A DNA stretch of 63,886 nucleotides, the filler included, from Coriobacteriales bacterium (GTDB lineage Bacteria > Actinomycetota > Coriobacteriia > Coriobacteriales > UBA8131), in the NCBI GenBank assembly GCA_031263105.1. It is 6 parts of 6 records of this genome, joined end to end, with 100 filler letters (N's around TTAATTAATTAA, not from the genome) between each part and the next. Parts side by side here need not be neighbours in the genome. Positions count along the whole stretch, not along the records: positions 1 to 10,033 come from JAISGJ010000062.1; 5 more parts are not named here. One strand, given 5' to 3'. Each line of letters opens with the position of its first letter. Position 1 is the stretch's first letter. The notes under the pieces are model-generated. The model searched no databases. It was not told the DNA's origin and saw nothing but the letters and a program-made list of their open reading frames with translations. Of this stretch, positions 1-9,375 are shown in pieces. Made by a program: the position numbers and the translations under genes.

Positions 1-629
1 CCCACTGCGTTCTGGGCCTTCCAAAGCAGGCCTCCGTTGAACAGCATGCACACGAGAACCGTTCCATAGAGCACGTCGTCGGGCATACAGGCGAGCAGGG
101 CCCCGATGGCGATGCTAGCCGCCGCATTGCTGAGGACAAGGACGAGCACGAGCTCCCACATCGTCCCGTTGTTCCTGAACAGACGGAACATCGACAAGAA
201 GAGCCAGGCATAGCCGAGACCTGTGAGCACGGCTCCCAAGGCCGCCATGGCCCTCTGGTCGATGAGGCTCTGATGGGCGGAGAGCATCAGGAACGTCGCA
301 CCGAGAAGCACGGACGTCGTCATTGCGGGGACGAGGGCGCGGTTGTAGCGCCGCGCTGCTCTGCCGAAGACGACGAGGAACAGGCAGCCGGCCAATGCCG
401 CTACGTGCACCATGGTCTGTTCGACCGTGACCCCGGGCAGGAGCGCGGACGAGAACACCGTGCCGAAGGTGATGAGCTGGAACCATACGGTGTGGACGAA
501 GTAGAGGGGGACGACCACCACAAGCAGGGCACCCAGAGGCCTTAGCCTTCGCGCACTGCCCTCATGGCGTCCAAGACGGATCCCCGAGCTTCCGTTGGGC
601 GACTCTGGGTCGATGACGCTCTCTCGCAA
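1..629 (-). CDS. Multi-pass membrane protein (partial, runs off window start); probable N-terminal TM sensor domain of an Eggerthellaceae-type transmembrane LuxR regulator
   Basis: Not in the ORF track; translated by hand. TTG start at 629 with AAAAGGAG RBS; open to the window edge with successive hydrophobic helices (LGALLVVVVPLYFVHTVW...AALGAVLTGLGYAWLFL...). Divergent from the molybdoenzyme operon. The HTH is not visible, so the LuxR call is inference. Confidence 0.65.
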   Translation of the reverse strand, partial: MRESVIDPESPNGSSGIRLGRHEGSARRLRPLGALLVVVVPLYFVHTVWFQLITFGTVFSSALLPGVTVEQTMVHVAALAGCLFLVVFGRAARRYNRALVPAMTTSVLLGATFLMLSAHQSLIDQRAMAALGAVLTGLGYAWLFLSMFRLFRNNGTMWELVLVLVLSNAAASIAIGALLACMPDDVLYGTVLVCMLFNGGLLWKAQNAV

Positions 630-926
630 CCCTGCTCCTTTTCGCGTTGCGTTGTCTCGCCTTCGTCGAGGACGGCGTCCCCTACGGATGGTGGCGCACA
701 ATCAATCGGTGCTTCCCTATCCGCCTCCCTCTCCGTCCCTATTGTATACAAGGCTGAGGGGAAGACTGCTGCGATATGTAGGGGCAGGCGGGCCCTTACG
801 GTGCGTAACGCCACGTCGGGACAAAAAATACCCCAAACGGGTGAGGCGGAGGAGGCCGCAGGACGAAGCGAAGATAACCCGAATGCGCGATTCACCTCCA
901 GGCGGCAGGTCGCATAGACTGCCCTT

Positions 927-1001
927 CGGCACCGTTCGGGAACGGGCGGACAGGTGCCGTTCGCGTTCGGGAACGGGACCCCACAGGATGCGGGACCCCA
1001 C
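927..1001. promoter_or_regulatory. Candidate operator repeats upstream of the dmsA-like gene
   Basis: CGTTCGGGAACGGG at 933-946 and 964-977 (the first lies within palindrome CCGTTC-GG-GAACGG); CGGGACCCCAC at 974-984 and 991-1001. Confidence 0.4.
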
Positions 1002-1025
1002 GTTTTGTGTTGAAGGGAGAAAGAT

Positions 1026-3710
1026 ATGGAGAAGAGCAGGGCAGGTACCCAGGGCATCGACCGGCGCAGCTTCCTTGCGTGGGGCGCGGTGCTGGGCGGG
1101 AGTGCCGCCTTGGCCGGCGGCTTTGTGGGCTGTGCGCCCAGTGAGGACGGATCCGCAGACGGGCCTGCGGGTGGAACAACTCCCTCCGCAGCCCTTCCCG
1201 TCGAAGAGGGCGAATGGAAGTCCGCCCTCTGCAGGAACATGAGCGGCTGCGGCTCCTCCTGCGCCAACTTCGCCTTGGTCAAGGACGGCGTCGTCACGCG
1301 GATGAAGACGGACGACCGCTACGAGGACAGCCGTGAGAACCCCCAGAGAAGGGGCTGCCATCGTGGCATGGCCCACCGGCAGAGGGTCTATGGCGAGGAG
1401 CGCCTGAAGTACCCCATGAAGCGCAAGAGCTGGAACCCGGGCGGAACCGAGCACAACGGCCATCTGCGCGGCATCGACGAGTGGGAGCGAATCAGCTGGG
1501 ACGAGGCCTTGGAGCTCACGGCCTCCGAGCTCAAGCGGATCATCGAGAACTACGGGAACAGCGCGATCTATGCGCAGAACCAGGTCCTCTCACATGTCGG
1601 GGGCGCCACGGATTTGTTTGGGACCACCTCGACGGGCGACTCGATCCTTGCGATAAAGCTGTTTCAGGGGGACATTGCCAAGAATCCGGGAAACGACCGC
1701 TTCCTCTCCCCAAAGAACACGAAACTCATGGTTCTCTGGGGCCAGAACACGGCGTTCACCAGTGCGACGACGCGTTTCTATTTCACCCAGCTGCTCAAAC
1801 AGGACTCGGGTGCCAAGGTCTACTCCATTGCCCCGGACTACAACAACAGCGCCGTGGCGCTCGGAGCGACGTGGGTGCCGGTGCGTCCGGGAACCGACTG
1901 CGCGTTGTTCTTGGCTGTGGCGTATCACATGATAGAGAACGACCTGCAGGACCAGGACTTCCTTGACCGCTGCTGCATCGGCTTCGATGCCGACCATATG
2001 CCCGAAGGCGCGCCTGCGGAGGACAACTTCAAGGACTACGTGCTCGGGATCCACGACGGCACCCCTAAGACCCCGGAGTGGGCTTCGGAGATATGCGGCA
2101 CCGACCCCGCCCTCATCAGGGAGCTTGCGACCGACCTGGCCACCATCAAACCCTGCTTCTTCCATATCAACGGCCGCGCTCCTTGGCGTACCAGCAACGG
2201 GAGGTGCTCCGGGCATGCGGCCTATGTCGTCGGTTGGATGAGCGGGAACGTCGGAATCGAAGGCGGGGGCGTCAACGAGGGCCCCACTCAAAGCGGGAGC
2301 CTGGGGGGAGACGGCGGCGGCTGGCTCTATGCCGGCCAGAGCCCGGACCCGAGGATACTCAACCCCATCTTCCCCAAGACGGCCGTATGGGGCGGCTATG
2401 GCTACGACGACCCCTTCGACGAGACCATCACGGCGATCGCGTATTCGGACACTTGGAACGCCATCCTCAAAAAGGAGCGTGTCGCCCCTTCGCGCGGCAA
2501 GGTTCCTATAGACATCCGCTGCGTCCTCAACATATGCAACATCAGTCTCGGCAACAACTTCATCAACACCACCATGGGCACCGTGCAGGCCATCGAGGCG
2601 TATCGGAGCTTGGAGTTCGTGGTCTGCCACGACCTGTCGCTCTCCGCAAAGTCGAAGTACGCAGACATCGTCTTCCCTGACACCTTCGCGTGGGAGGAGG
2701 AGGGCTATGTGCTGCCTATGGGAGACCCCAACGTGATATACCTTCAGGAACAGATCATCGAACCTCCCTACGAATGCCAGACCGTGCGGTATCTGGAGCG
2801 CGAACTGGCCCGTAAGCTCGGTGTCGATCCCGACGTGGTGCACCCGTATTCCGACAAGCAGCTCTTCTTCGACCAGGTGGCAGGATCGATCTACCTCAGC
2901 CCGGAAGCGCAGGGCATGGTGCCGTTGGTCACCATCACCCAGGAGGACATCGACAGCTACGGCGTCGAAGGCACACCGCAGGAGGGAATTGTCGGCTTCG
3001 ACGAGATCAGGGAGCAGGGCGGCTACGTCCTCCACCGGGAGCCGGGCGACTTCTACGAGCAGGTGAGCCAGGCCGCCACCAACGCCGCCTTCCGCGAGGA
3101 TCCGGAGAACAACCCCCTCAGCACCCAGAGCGGCAAGCTGGAGATCTACTGCTCCGAGCTCAAGAGGATATTCGAGGCCTTCATGTTCGAGACGGACGTG
3201 AAATGCATCCCCTACTACCGCAAGACCCTCCACAGCTACGAGGACTCCTTTACCGACTGGGAGAACAAGGTCAAGGGTCCGTACCCGATCCAGATAGTCA
3301 CGCCGCACTCGATACGGGGCACCCACAGCTGCCTCAACGACGTGCCGTGGCTGCGCAAGGCCCATCCTCGGGAGTTCGTCATGAACCGCCTGGATGCCGA
3401 GGCCCGAGGCCTCAAAACGGGGGACACCGTCCTGATTTCGAGCCTCTATGGGAAGATCCTCCGCAACGTGGCCGTCACCGACTCCGTCATGCCGGGGGTT
3501 GCCCAGGTCTGGCATGGGTCGTGGAACGATTTCGATGAGGACGGCATCGACCGAGGCGGTTGCTCGAACACGCTCATCGGGGCGAACACCATGGGCTACG
3601 GCTCGCAGCCGTACAACTCGACCTTGGTGGAAGTGGAGAAATGGACCGGGGACCCGCTGCCCGCCGACTACACGTGGCCCGCACGAGTCCCTCTGAAGGA
3701 TGAGGAGTGA
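1026..3710 (+). CDS. Tat-exported molybdopterin oxidoreductase catalytic subunit, DMSO reductase (DmsA-like) family
   Basis: Twin-arginine signal IDRRSFL with lipobox-like FVGC; N-terminal Cys cluster CRNMSGCGSSC...GC; RLKYPMKR, WERISWDEAL, PVRPGTDCA, ADIVFP; C-terminal molydopterin-binding domain. Confidence 0.93.
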   Translation: MEKSRAGTQGIDRRSFLAWGAVLGGSAALAGGFVGCAPSEDGSADGPAGGTTPSAALPVEEGEWKSALCRNMSGCGSSCANFALVKDGVVTRMKTDDRYEDSRENPQRRGCHRGMAHRQRVYGEERLKYPMKRKSWNPGGTEHNGHLRGIDEWERISWDEALELTASELKRIIENYGNSAIYAQNQVLSHVGGATDLFGTTSTGDSILAIKLFQGDIAKNPGNDRFLSPKNTKLMVLWGQNTAFTSATTRFYFTQLLKQDSGAKVYSIAPDYNNSAVALGATWVPVRPGTDCALFLAVAYHMIENDLQDQDFLDRCCIGFDADHMPEGAPAEDNFKDYVLGIHDGTPKTPEWASEICGTDPALIRELATDLATIKPCFFHINGRAPWRTSNGRCSGHAAYVVGWMSGNVGIEGGGVNEGPTQSGSLGGDGGGWLYAGQSPDPRILNPIFPKTAVWGGYGYDDPFDETITAIAYSDTWNAILKKERVAPSRGKVPIDIRCVLNICNISLGNNFINTTMGTVQAIEAYRSLEFVVCHDLSLSAKSKYADIVFPDTFAWEEEGYVLPMGDPNVIYLQEQIIEPPYECQTVRYLERELARKLGVDPDVVHPYSDKQLFFDQVAGSIYLSPEAQGMVPLVTITQEDIDSYGVEGTPQEGIVGFDEIREQGGYVLHREPGDFYEQVSQAATNAAFREDPENNPLSTQSGKLEIYCSELKRIFEAFMFETDVKCIPYYRKTLHSYEDSFTDWENKVKGPYPIQIVTPHSIRGTHSCLNDVPWLRKAHPREFVMNRLDAEARGLKTGDTVLISSLYGKILRNVAVTDSVMPGVAQVWHGSWNDFDEDGIDRGGCSNTLIGANTMGYGSQPYNSTLVEVEKWTGDPLPADYTWPARVPLKDEE

Positions 3711-3713
3711 ACC

Positions 3714-4337
3714 ATGGCGCAAATGGCTTTCTATGTCGATTCGAGCGTCTGCACGAGCTGTAAGACCTGCCAGGTGGTCTGCCAACAGAAGAACGAGCTG
3801 CCGACAGACATCCTGTGGCGCAGGGTGCTGCACTATGGAGGCGGGACGTGGACGGACAAGGGCACCTACCATGTGCCGGACGGCGTGTTCCGCTACTTCG
3901 TCTCCCTCTCGTGCAACCACTGCGCCGCCCCTGCCTGCATGGCCGTATGCCCCGTCAGCGCCATACTCAAGGACGAGGACACCGGAGCGGTCTGGATAGA
4001 CCAGGAGGCGTGCATCGGCTGCAGGAGCTGCGAGGAGGCATGCCCCTACGCCATCCCCGTGCTCGATGAGGAGACGGGCAAGGAGGTCAAGTGCGATATG
4101 TGCAGGGACTATCTTGCACAGGGCAAAACGCCCCTCTGCGTCGTCACCTGCAGCCAGCGCGTTCTGGACTTCGGCGACATCGACGAGCTGCGGGCGAAGT
4201 ACCCCGACGCCACCGACGCCATCGAGCCTCTGCCCGTACCCACCACCGGCCCCTCGCTTCTGGTGCGCCCGCACAAGGACGCGCAGAAGTCGGGGGAGGG
4301 CACGGGCCAGCTCCTGAACCTGCCGTATGAGCTCTAA
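3714..4337 (+). CDS. 4Fe-4S dicluster electron-transfer subunit (DmsB-like)
   Basis: CTSCKTCQVVC, SCNHCAAPACMAVCP, CIGCRSCEEACP, KCDMC...C..TC. Confidence 0.93.
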   Translation: MAQMAFYVDSSVCTSCKTCQVVCQQKNELPTDILWRRVLHYGGGTWTDKGTYHVPDGVFRYFVSLSCNHCAAPACMAVCPVSAILKDEDTGAVWIDQEACIGCRSCEEACPYAIPVLDEETGKEVKCDMCRDYLAQGKTPLCVVTCSQRVLDFGDIDELRAKYPDATDAIEPLPVPTTGPSLLVRPHKDAQKSGEGTGQLLNLPYEL

Positions 4338-4358
4338 GGGGGCTTGGTGAGCGGGGCC

Positions 4359-5138
4359 ATGGTGTCGGGTGCGCAGCCGGGTGCGCAACCGGGTGCGGCG
4401 CCCTCGGCCCCGCCGCCCCCGCTGTCCGATGCGACCCTCCTCGCCGCATCGCTGCAATTCGGCGTCCTCGGCAAGTCCTTGTACCGCGAGCAGACCAGCG
4501 AGGAGCTCGACCGGATGCTCGAAGCCCGGATGTTCGCCGAGGCCCCCTTCGCAGACGACCAAGAGGACACGCTGCGGGGCCTCTCGCTCCTGAGCCTTTG
4601 GGCCGAGGCATGTGCGGACGGAGTGGGCGAGGGCGTTTTGGACGAGGGCCCCTTGGGCGACATACGGCACGACCACTTCTATCTGTTCGCCGGCGTGGGA
4701 CGTCCGCTGGCGTCCCCGTGGGAGTCGACCTATTTCAACGAGGCCCGGCTGACCTTCGAGAAGCAGACCCTCGAAGTCCGCGACTGGTACCGGCGCTACG
4801 GCCTGATGATCGGCCTCAAGAACAAGGAGCCCGACGACCATATTGGCTACGAGCTGGGCTTCATCGCCCATCTGGCCCAGCTCGCCCTTGATGCCTCGAA
4901 GGCCGGGGATCCTGCCGCCTGCGAGGCCACACTGCACGCCCTCGGGGGTTTTCTGACCGAGCACCCCCTTCGCTGGGCCTTCGTATGGTCGGAGCGGGTT
5001 CAGATACATGCCCGCTCGGACTTCTATCGAGGACTGGCACTGCTGGTCAGCGGCTCGCTGCGGGGCCTTTCCGAGAGGCTCGGCATCGATATGCGCAGCA
5101 TCAGGCAATGCGCCCTGTCGCAGCATTCTGCGGTCTGA
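4359..5138 (+). CDS. TorD/DmsD-family redox enzyme maturation chaperone
   Basis: SPWESTY and EPDDHIGYEL motifs; start uncertain (TTG 4344 or ATG 4359). Confidence 0.88.
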   Translation: MVSGAQPGAQPGAAPSAPPPPLSDATLLAASLQFGVLGKSLYREQTSEELDRMLEARMFAEAPFADDQEDTLRGLSLLSLWAEACADGVGEGVLDEGPLGDIRHDHFYLFAGVGRPLASPWESTYFNEARLTFEKQTLEVRDWYRRYGLMIGLKNKEPDDHIGYELGFIAHLAQLALDASKAGDPAACEATLHALGGFLTEHPLRWAFVWSERVQIHARSDFYRGLALLVSGSLRGLSERLGIDMRSIRQCALSQHSAV

Positions 5139-5180
5139 TGTCCGTGGGCGGATTGTGATGTACGGAGACTATCGGAGAAC

Positions 5181-5855
5181 ATGATGGTACTGATAACACT
5201 TGCCTTGGTGTCGCTCGTCGTGACCGCCTGCAGCTCTCTCATCAAGAAGCACCCTGTGCCGTTCTACGCGCTGGCCCTGGCCCTTGATGCCGTCTACCTC
5301 TTCTTCCGCTTCTTTGCCTCATACAGCCCCTTGGTCCTCTCGGCCCTGCAGGTGATGCAGAAGGGGCTCATCGCCTATGCGCTCTTTGTGGTGGTCATGT
5401 TCATCGGTGCGCTCGACGAGTCCTCCCGGCTCAGAGCGCGGCTGTATCCGATACGCGGCGAGCTGTCCCTTCTGGGCTGCCTGTTCGTCTTAGGGCATGT
5501 CGGCGGCTATCTCACGTCATATCTGATGACGCTGCTTCGGGACTCGGGGGTCATACCTCCCTCGGTACTGGCGTCGATACTGGTCTCCCTCGCCTCCCTT
5601 GTCCTGCTGCTCGTCCTTGGGTTCACGACCTTCACCTTCGTGCGCTCAAGGATGAACCCGACGATCTGGAAGCGGATACAACGCCTCTCATACCCGTTCT
5701 TCGGCTTGATCCATGTCCATCTCGCGCTCATGCTCGTGCCGACGATGAGAAACGACGCCGCAGGCTCCGCCCTGTCCCTCGCGGTCTACGCCGTGGTGCT
5801 CATAGCCTACGTGTTCGCGAGGCTGGTCAGGCCGCGCCTCAAAAGAGCACGATAG
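5181..5855 (+). CDS. Ferric-reductase-like (MsrQ-like) heme b membrane protein
   Basis: About six TM helices; RGELSLLGCLFVLGH and WKRIQRLSY...IHVH with candidate heme-ligand His residues. Confidence 0.75.
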   Translation: MMVLITLALVSLVVTACSSLIKKHPVPFYALALALDAVYLFFRFFASYSPLVLSALQVMQKGLIAYALFVVVMFIGALDESSRLRARLYPIRGELSLLGCLFVLGHVGGYLTSYLMTLLRDSGVIPPSVLASILVSLASLVLLLVLGFTTFTFVRSRMNPTIWKRIQRLSYPFFGLIHVHLALMLVPTMRNDAAGSALSLAVYAVVLIAYVFARLVRPRLKRAR

Positions 5856-5891
5856 GTACCGCCCCCCTCTGCGTTACTGTGTGTTCACACT

Positions 5892-6122
5892 CTGTCATCC
5901 CGAGCCCTTCGGCTGCGCTCAGGGTAAACTCCGGGGCGAAGCCCCGCAGCCGAGGGATCCTCGGGTTCGAGCGCCCGGAGAACAGTCCGGCGGACTGTTC
6001 TCAGCGAGAACGGGCCGACAGGCCCACGGGATGCGAAGCAGCCGACCGCAGGTCGAAGCGCCTCCCGGTCACAGTCGACCGCTTGCGCGGTCGAAGATCC
6101 CTCGGCAGGCTCGGGATGACAG
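5892..6122. repeat. Modular palindromic REP/MITE-like element (family A)
   Basis: Terminal inverted repeats CTGTCATCCCGAGCC / GGCTCGGGATGACAG with nested hairpins; near-identical ends at 53427-53617. Confidence 0.85.
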
Positions 6123-6170
6123 TGAGGGTGAACAGTTGACGTGAACAGTTGACCCTCTGCCTCGTCCCGC

Positions 6171-6250
6171 CTGTCATTGCGAGGAGCGAAGCGACGAAGT
6201 ATACTTCAGGAAGGAGATTTGACCTCACCGGGCGGAGGCTCGCAGGCGTA
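6171..6250. repeat. Degenerate TGTCATTGCGAG-type REP-like element
   Basis: CTGTCATTGCGAGGAGCGAAGCGACGAAG ... GGCTCGCAG, same TGTCAT-tagged style as family A. Confidence 0.5.
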
Positions 6251-6267
6251 ACGTGGGAGGGGAAGGT

Positions 6268-7485
6268 ATGGCAACCTACGAGATCGAGGGACAGGGCATC
6301 GACTCCGTCGAACTCAAGTGCCTGCTCGTGAGCAGGGGCGTCAAGGTCGACAAATCCCTCTATAAGAGCGTCGGTGCGACCGCGCGGCTCTCGATGAACC
6401 CCCTGTGCTGCAACTGCCTCATCCTCTCCGACGGCACCATCGCCCAGCTCACCGACCTGAGCTTCCACCTGCGCCTCCTCGCCGGCATGCTCTCGTGGAG
6501 CCAGCTCAAGCTCCTCAGGTACGCATCGGACCTCGACACCCCCTTTGCCCTCAAGCCCCTTCTCGACGGGGATGTGGAGAAGGTCGGCCTGTTCTGGAAG
6601 GGCGAGCTGCTCGATTTCGTCAGCTTCCCTCCTCACACGGGCTTCTACGAGCAGCGCACGAGCGGCGGCCTGCGCTTTGTGGGCAACACCGTGCTGCAGG
6701 GCCTTGACTGGGTGGCCTTCCAATGCCTGTGGCCCTGCGAGTACGCCGCTGCAGGCAAGCCCTGCGAGTTCTGCTTCTCGGGGGCCGACTTCGAGACCCT
6801 GCAGAAGAAGGGCAAGCCCCTGCCCGCCGCAGTCTGCGCCGCCGACGTGGCGGACGTCGTGGCCTATGCGGTGCAGGAGGTGGGCGTGAGCCACCTGCAG
6901 ATAACCGGCGGCTCGACCTTCGACGGCGCGTCCGAGTCCGCACATATCCGCTCCTATCTCGAGGCGCTGGCCGCACGGCAGGAGGCCCGGCTGCCGGGCG
7001 AGACGCTGCTGTACATCACGCCGCCGACGGACACCGGCCTGCTCGACGAGTACTTCGCCCTCGGCGCCAGCCGCGTCGCCTGTAGCCTTGAGCTTTGGGA
7101 CGAGCAGTGCGCCGAGGCGGTGACCGCAGGCAAGATGGCCTTCACGACCCGCGAGCGGCACCTGCGGGCGCTCGAATACGTGGCCCGGCGCTACGGCCCC
7201 GCCAAGGCGTTCTCGAACTTCATCATCGGGATCGAGGACTTCGAGACCCTTGCCGAGGGCGCACGTTACCTGGCCGAGCGAGGCGTGCTGCCCACGGCAT
7301 CGGTCTGGATGCCGATGGGACGCCCCGTGCAGGGCAGCATGAAGGCCCCCGACATCGACTACTACCGGCGGGTCAAGGAGCTGTTCGCGGAACTGTACGT
7401 CCGCCACGGCCTTGAGCCCACCGCCTCACGCGGCCTCAACGTCTGCATCGAACGCGACATCTGGAACTACGCCCAGTCCGCCTAA
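6268..7485 (+). CDS. Radical SAM protein with non-canonical CX8CX2C motif
   Basis: CEYAAAGKPCEFC, QITGG, SLELWD, FSNFIIG; GGAGG RBS before ATG 6268. Confidence 0.8.
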   Translation: MATYEIEGQGIDSVELKCLLVSRGVKVDKSLYKSVGATARLSMNPLCCNCLILSDGTIAQLTDLSFHLRLLAGMLSWSQLKLLRYASDLDTPFALKPLLDGDVEKVGLFWKGELLDFVSFPPHTGFYEQRTSGGLRFVGNTVLQGLDWVAFQCLWPCEYAAAGKPCEFCFSGADFETLQKKGKPLPAAVCAADVADVVAYAVQEVGVSHLQITGGSTFDGASESAHIRSYLEALAARQEARLPGETLLYITPPTDTGLLDEYFALGASRVACSLELWDEQCAEAVTAGKMAFTTRERHLRALEYVARRYGPAKAFSNFIIGIEDFETLAEGARYLAERGVLPTASVWMPMGRPVQGSMKAPDIDYYRRVKELFAELYVRHGLEPTASRGLNVCIERDIWNYAQSA

Positions 7486-7569
7486 GCCCCAGATGCTTGG
7501 GTTATCTGCATAAAATCAAAGAGATCCTATGCAGATAATGAGCCTCGCTGCCTGTTTCTCTGCATATTC

Positions 7570-7725
7570 CTTCTCGTGCCGTGCTTCATCCTCGACTTCC
7601 TCTGCATCCATCCGTTCTCCGACGGCAACGGCAGGATGTCCCGACTGCTCTCCCTGCTCCTGCTCCACAAAAACGGCTTCGACGCAGGGAGGTACCTCTC
7701 CTTCGAGGAGCAGATCAACGCATGA
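7570..7725 (+). pseudogene. Fic-domain gene fragment
   Basis: Hand translation [27 protein letters not shown]...EEQINA*; intact Fic motif but only about 50 codons and no N-terminal region. Confidence 0.8.
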
Positions 7726-7794
7726 CCTGTCAGTGTCGTCCCGTTTCGCCGTCCCCCTGTTACCCTGTGCTATACTTCGGGAAGGAGGTTTGTT

Positions 7795-8073
7795 ATGAGG
7801 TACTTCTTCTCGGAGGATCGCTTCGGCAACATGGTGACGTTCAACGACGTCCAGTCGGTCGGCGGGGCGGAGCGCATCCCTGTGTACGTCGAGCAGATGC
7901 GCATCGGCGATGCGAGGGAGCCTTTTAACTATGCGGAGGGCTATCTGCCCGAGGCACGGTTCACGAGGACCTTCGGCTTCTCGCCGTCGGAGCTGGAGAA
8001 GCTCCAGGGCTATCTGCTGCGCAACTCCGACCTGCTCTTCGAGATAGCCCGCGAGAGGGCGGCGTCTTCGTGA
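7795..8073 (+). CDS. Hypothetical 92-aa protein, partner of the DUF4160 gene (putative TA component)
   Basis: AAGGAGG RBS, upstream TGnTATACT (7768-7776), 4-nt overlap with the next gene. Confidence 0.7.
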   Translation: MRYFFSEDRFGNMVTFNDVQSVGGAERIPVYVEQMRIGDAREPFNYAEGYLPEARFTRTFGFSPSELEKLQGYLLRNSDLLFEIARERAASS

Positions 8074-8345
8074 GTCCCAAGTACGGGCGCTTCCTCCAGT
8101 ACGGCATCTTCTTCTTCTCGAACGAGGTCGACGAGCCTCCTCACGTGCACGTCTCACTTCCCGGCACCCCAAACAGCTCAAGCAAGTTCTGGCTGGATGC
8201 GACCAGCGTGAGGCTTGCCCATAACGATGCCCGCATACCATCCCATGACCTCACGAGAATCGAGAGGTACCTGAACGAGAACGTGGCGGACATACTCGAG
8301 TTCTGGGAGGCGTTCTTTAAGGGAGGCGGCAACGACCCTCGATAA
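8070..8345 (+). CDS. DUF4160-domain protein
   Basis: IFFFSNEVDEPPHVHV and KFWL motifs. Confidence 0.8.
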   Translation: MSPKYGRFLQYGIFFFSNEVDEPPHVHVSLPGTPNSSSKFWLDATSVRLAHNDARIPSHDLTRIERYLNENVADILEFWEAFFKGGGNDPR

Positions 8346-9209
8346 CGTAGGAAGCCCCCCCGGCCCCCCCCCCCCCCCCCCCGCCCCCGCCCGGGCCGCC
8401 CCCCCCCCCCCGCAAGGGCTAGGAGTCTCCAAAGTTATTAGGGGCACAGGCTTGCTGACACCAGAATGTGATGGCATCAAGAGCCGTCCCCAGCATCTTC
8501 TCATAAGGTAGTGTTGGACAATTCCTTGTCTGCGAGAGGCACAATGTAGGCCTTACGACTATGTAGAATAATTGAATTCGTACGTGTTGTTATCTGAATG
8601 GAACTGTTTGTGTGAAGAAAGACGAATGGAAGTTTTAAACTTATTCCTGGACATAGATACTTACAGGAGACTCAACGGCTCTCTGGGCCACAGAATGTAC
8701 CGCAAACCAACCCATACGAATCTTTACCTAAACGGGTGATGGGCCCATCACCACCCATCCAACAAACAAGCTGTACTTTCCACACTGGTCCATAGGGCAG
8801 GGCTAGAGCTCTATGCAATGGAAACAACCTGCTTGTGGAGTTGGTGTTCCTGAGGGACGTTTTCAGACAGAACGGTTGGTTACAGAGACCGGCAGATTCA
8901 CATTATCCATAACCTTCGCCCAGATGTCAGCAAACCGGATAATAAGCCCCGCTCAGTCGCCTTCTTGCTGTATGTTCTTCTCAGCAAGTCATGGAAGCCT
9001 CTGATCATCTCCCTGCAGAAATCTCTATAACATGACGCCAGATACCTGCCGCGAGGCTACTACGCGCTGCTGTGTTTTCTCGATGGGAGCAATTTTTAAA
9101 TCCTCCCCCACACCTTATTGCACTGGCCGTTGGTCTGGCCTTGATCACCACAGAACAACCCCCCCCCCCACAGCCCGCCTCTGCCCTCCCAAAGTTATCA
9201 TTCAGCGCT

Positions 9210-9375
9210 GTCCGAACCGTCTAACACTTTTTCTCGCTCGCGTTATTTCTTCTACGCCAAAGATGGAAGCAACACATTCCTCCGAAACGTCGATTTATAA
9301 TAAACCCACACGGCGCCACATCCCAGAAGACGGCATTCTACATATTCACCGCCGTGAAGACCTCAGATCTTACAT
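9210..9375 (+). repeat. Termite-like SINE/interspersed repeat
   Basis: Translates as ...KMEATHSSETSIYNKPTRRHIPEDGILHIHRREDLRSY, matching from memory a high-copy termite genomic repeat. Confidence 0.65.

Noticed and set aside
1590..5126. Very long antisense ORFs (also 24339-27797, 38247-42812, 29740-31758, 60419-62455)
   Set aside because: They are shadows of GC3-rich genes on the opposite strand, with no motifs or RBS
5879..6144. ORFs within the palindromic elements (5879-6139, 5881-6144, 53311-53655)
   Set aside because: Translations of repeat DNA with no RBS or coding signature
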